The notes beneath the pieces are model-generated. The model ran no database searches, was not told where the DNA came from, and saw only the letters and a program-made list of their open reading frames with translations. This document shows positions 62,262 to 64,000 of a stretch of DNA of 64,000 bases, one piece after another (positions within the stretch are counted from its first letter, which is position 1; each line of letters starts with the position of its first letter). The DNA lies in NCBI GenBank assembly GCA_963776275.1, contig CAVZMI010000018.1:166257-230256 (forward strand). Reading direction: 5' to 3'. The DNA comes from Ignavibacteriota bacterium (GTDB lineage: Bacteria; Bacteroidota; Ignavibacteria; UBA10030; CAVZMI01). A program made the position numbers and the translations under genes.

Positions 62262-62762
62262 ATGCAGCCAAAACGATTTCCCTGGTTTGGAATATTTCTT
62301 GTCGTGGCGGGAACCGGATTACTTCTTGATCGACTTCATTTGCTCGCTTTTGGATGGCCGCGTCTTTTCTGGTCGTTTTGTGTACTCTGCGGATTTGGAA
62401 TTGTGATTATGGGATTTGTACGGGATCAGCGGAAGCATGTATTCTGGGGCACGGTATTATTTCTCTACGGGCTCTTCTTCGTACTTCGGTATTCTGGTGC
62501 CTTTGAATATCATTCCCATCTTTTTATCCCCACGAGTCTGATCATTTTCGGACTCGCATCCGTCATGAAGGTCGTTTATGCCCCACGCGATTGGGCGTTG
62601 CTCATTCCGGCTTTTCTTCTCATTGGTCTTGGGGTGACAATTTTTTTTGCAGAACTCGGATACATTTATAAATATGATGTGTGGCATTATATCAGAGTGT
62701 ACTGGCCGGTCGCTCTAATCCTCTTGGGGATATCGTTGCTCTTCAGAAGGAAGGAAATATAG
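62262..62762 (+). CDS. LiaF-like multi-TM membrane protein
   Basis: TM helices ending YWPVALILLG; follows pspC. Confidence 0.7.
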   Translation: MQPKRFPWFGIFLVVAGTGLLLDRLHLLAFGWPRLFWSFCVLCGFGIVIMGFVRDQRKHVFWGTVLFLYGLFFVLRYSGAFEYHSHLFIPTSLIIFGLASVMKVVYAPRDWALLIPAFLLIGLGVTIFFAELGYIYKYDVWHYIRVYWPVALILLGISLLFRRKEI

Positions 62763-62789
62763 GCAGTAATAATACAGAATTCTTTTTCT

Positions 62790-63851
62790 TCAGCGAGGAA
62801 GTGTAATCAGGTATTCCGTCCCCCCAGTGAGTCCCTGCTGAACTATGAATTTCCCGCCGTAGTATTCCGTAATCGCACGGGCCATCATAAGGCCGCTGGT
62901 ATTACTGACCGTACTCGGATCTTTCAATCCGTTCACGCTGAGTGATATGAGGAGTTCTTCCAGAGTACCTTGAGCGGTTATCCGAATTTCTGTCCCGCGT
63001 GGCGCCGACGTGATCGCATTATCGAGTACTTCATGGAAGAGATGTTTGATGTAATCGTTCGGAATATAAAATTCGTGGTGCTTTTCATCGAGCTGGGTTG
63101 AAAGCTCGATGTTCTTTGTCTGCAAATACGGCTGACATGCTTCGATACATTCATTCGCGATTGAAGAGAGGTCAAGTATATAAACTGTCTTCATGTCGCT
63201 GGATTGAGACGACTGCGTCGAAAGAAGTTTAAACTCAAGATAGAGAAGGAGATTTTTAATTGTTCTTTCGAAATGCGAGGATGGATTTCTAAATGACTCT
63301 TGTGTAGTCCGAATTTCGTCGAGTGAAGCGTGCTCGAATTCCCGAAATACCAGTTCTTTGAAACCTTCGAGGGATTCGAGTCTGTTGCTGACGACGGATG
63401 GCTGCTTTTTAATGCTCTCAAATTCTCGTTTATATTTTCCACGAAGTGAACGGATACGTTCCAGTTTTGTCTGTACAGCGAGTATGATATCGATAATGTC
63501 ATAGGGCTTGACGATATATTCATCCGCCCCTGCAATACGGCTGGAACGGATGGATTCGATATTATCTACTGCCGAGAGAAATATGAACGGAATGTCCTGC
63601 CAGAGAGGTTGCTCCCGGACTTTCTGACAAAATTCAAAGCCGTCCATGCCGGGCATTTTGATGTCGGAAATGATGACGTTGGGCATGAAGACTTCCATTT
63701 TTTGCAGGGCATCGATTCCACTGGCAGCCGTCTCAACTAGAAAGCCTTGCTCTCTCATGACTTCGGCAACCAGGATTGTGACTTCGATTTCATCGTCGAC
63801 AAGGAGGACCTTGTCTTGATTCTGGTTTAAGTTTATTTGCGGCATGGTCAA
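62790..63851 (-). CDS. Response regulator receiver fused to a degenerate histidine-kinase ATPase domain
   Basis: LLVDDE, ISDIKMPGMDG, KP; EVLDNAI, GLMMARAI. Confidence 0.85.
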   Translation of the reverse strand: MTMPQINLNQNQDKVLLVDDEIEVTILVAEVMREQGFLVETAASGIDALQKMEVFMPNVIISDIKMPGMDGFEFCQKVREQPLWQDIPFIFLSAVDNIESIRSSRIAGADEYIVKPYDIIDIILAVQTKLERIRSLRGKYKREFESIKKQPSVVSNRLESLEGFKELVFREFEHASLDEIRTTQESFRNPSSHFERTIKNLLLYLEFKLLSTQSSQSSDMKTVYILDLSSIANECIEACQPYLQTKNIELSTQLDEKHHEFYIPNDYIKHLFHEVLDNAITSAPRGTEIRITAQGTLEELLISLSVNGLKDPSTVSNTSGLMMARAITEYYGGKFIVQQGLTGGTEYLITLPR

Positions 63852-64000
63852 AAAGGGTGTTGAAAAATATTGACTTAATATTTTAAATGTACGCGATTGT
63901 TTTTAGGTTGTCAAGCGTTTCATGTGCAATTTCTTGGAGTATGATGATGAAAATCCATTTTATAGACGATGAATTGTTCCCGCCATTCGATGGTTTTCCG

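Noticed and set aside
1-64000. tRNA, rRNA or riboswitch genes
   Set aside because: None recognised by eye; a covariance-model search would be needed to exclude them

Overview
Bacterial window, probably from an FCB-group organism (Ignavibacteria/KSB1-like, inferred from a 'YPNPFNP...GVYFY...TKKLILLK' C-terminal sorting domain and the REP families). The two flanks are core-like. The left flank has partial hisF, sppA, a purF-like gene, SPFH/Arc and ECF sigma/anti-sigma/TonB. The right flank has proline dehydrogenase, two OPT transporters, pepD, a group 3b-type [NiFe] hydrogenase operon, DPP-IV, capA, ddl, a macrodomain gene and pspC. Between them (about 15.3-41.0 kb) is a run of about 20 unrelated minus-strand genes that reads as an integron-like cassette array with no integrase in the window. 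Genes are separated by attC-like RYYYAAC...GTTRRRY sites. Many cassettes have unusually long (12-21 bp) imperfect terminal inverted repeats. Several sites are long, invaded by REPs, or have non-canonical cores, and a duplicated sigma70-like promoter points into the array. The promoter-proximal cassettes are enriched in candidate defence genes (TIR, several PD-(D/E)XK nucleases, RusA, a RadA-like ATPase, small membrane proteins). There are also several REP or tandem-repeat clusters. About a dozen conserved genes carry frameshifts, most likely from sequencing indels. All product calls come from motif recognition by eye; no database searches were run.
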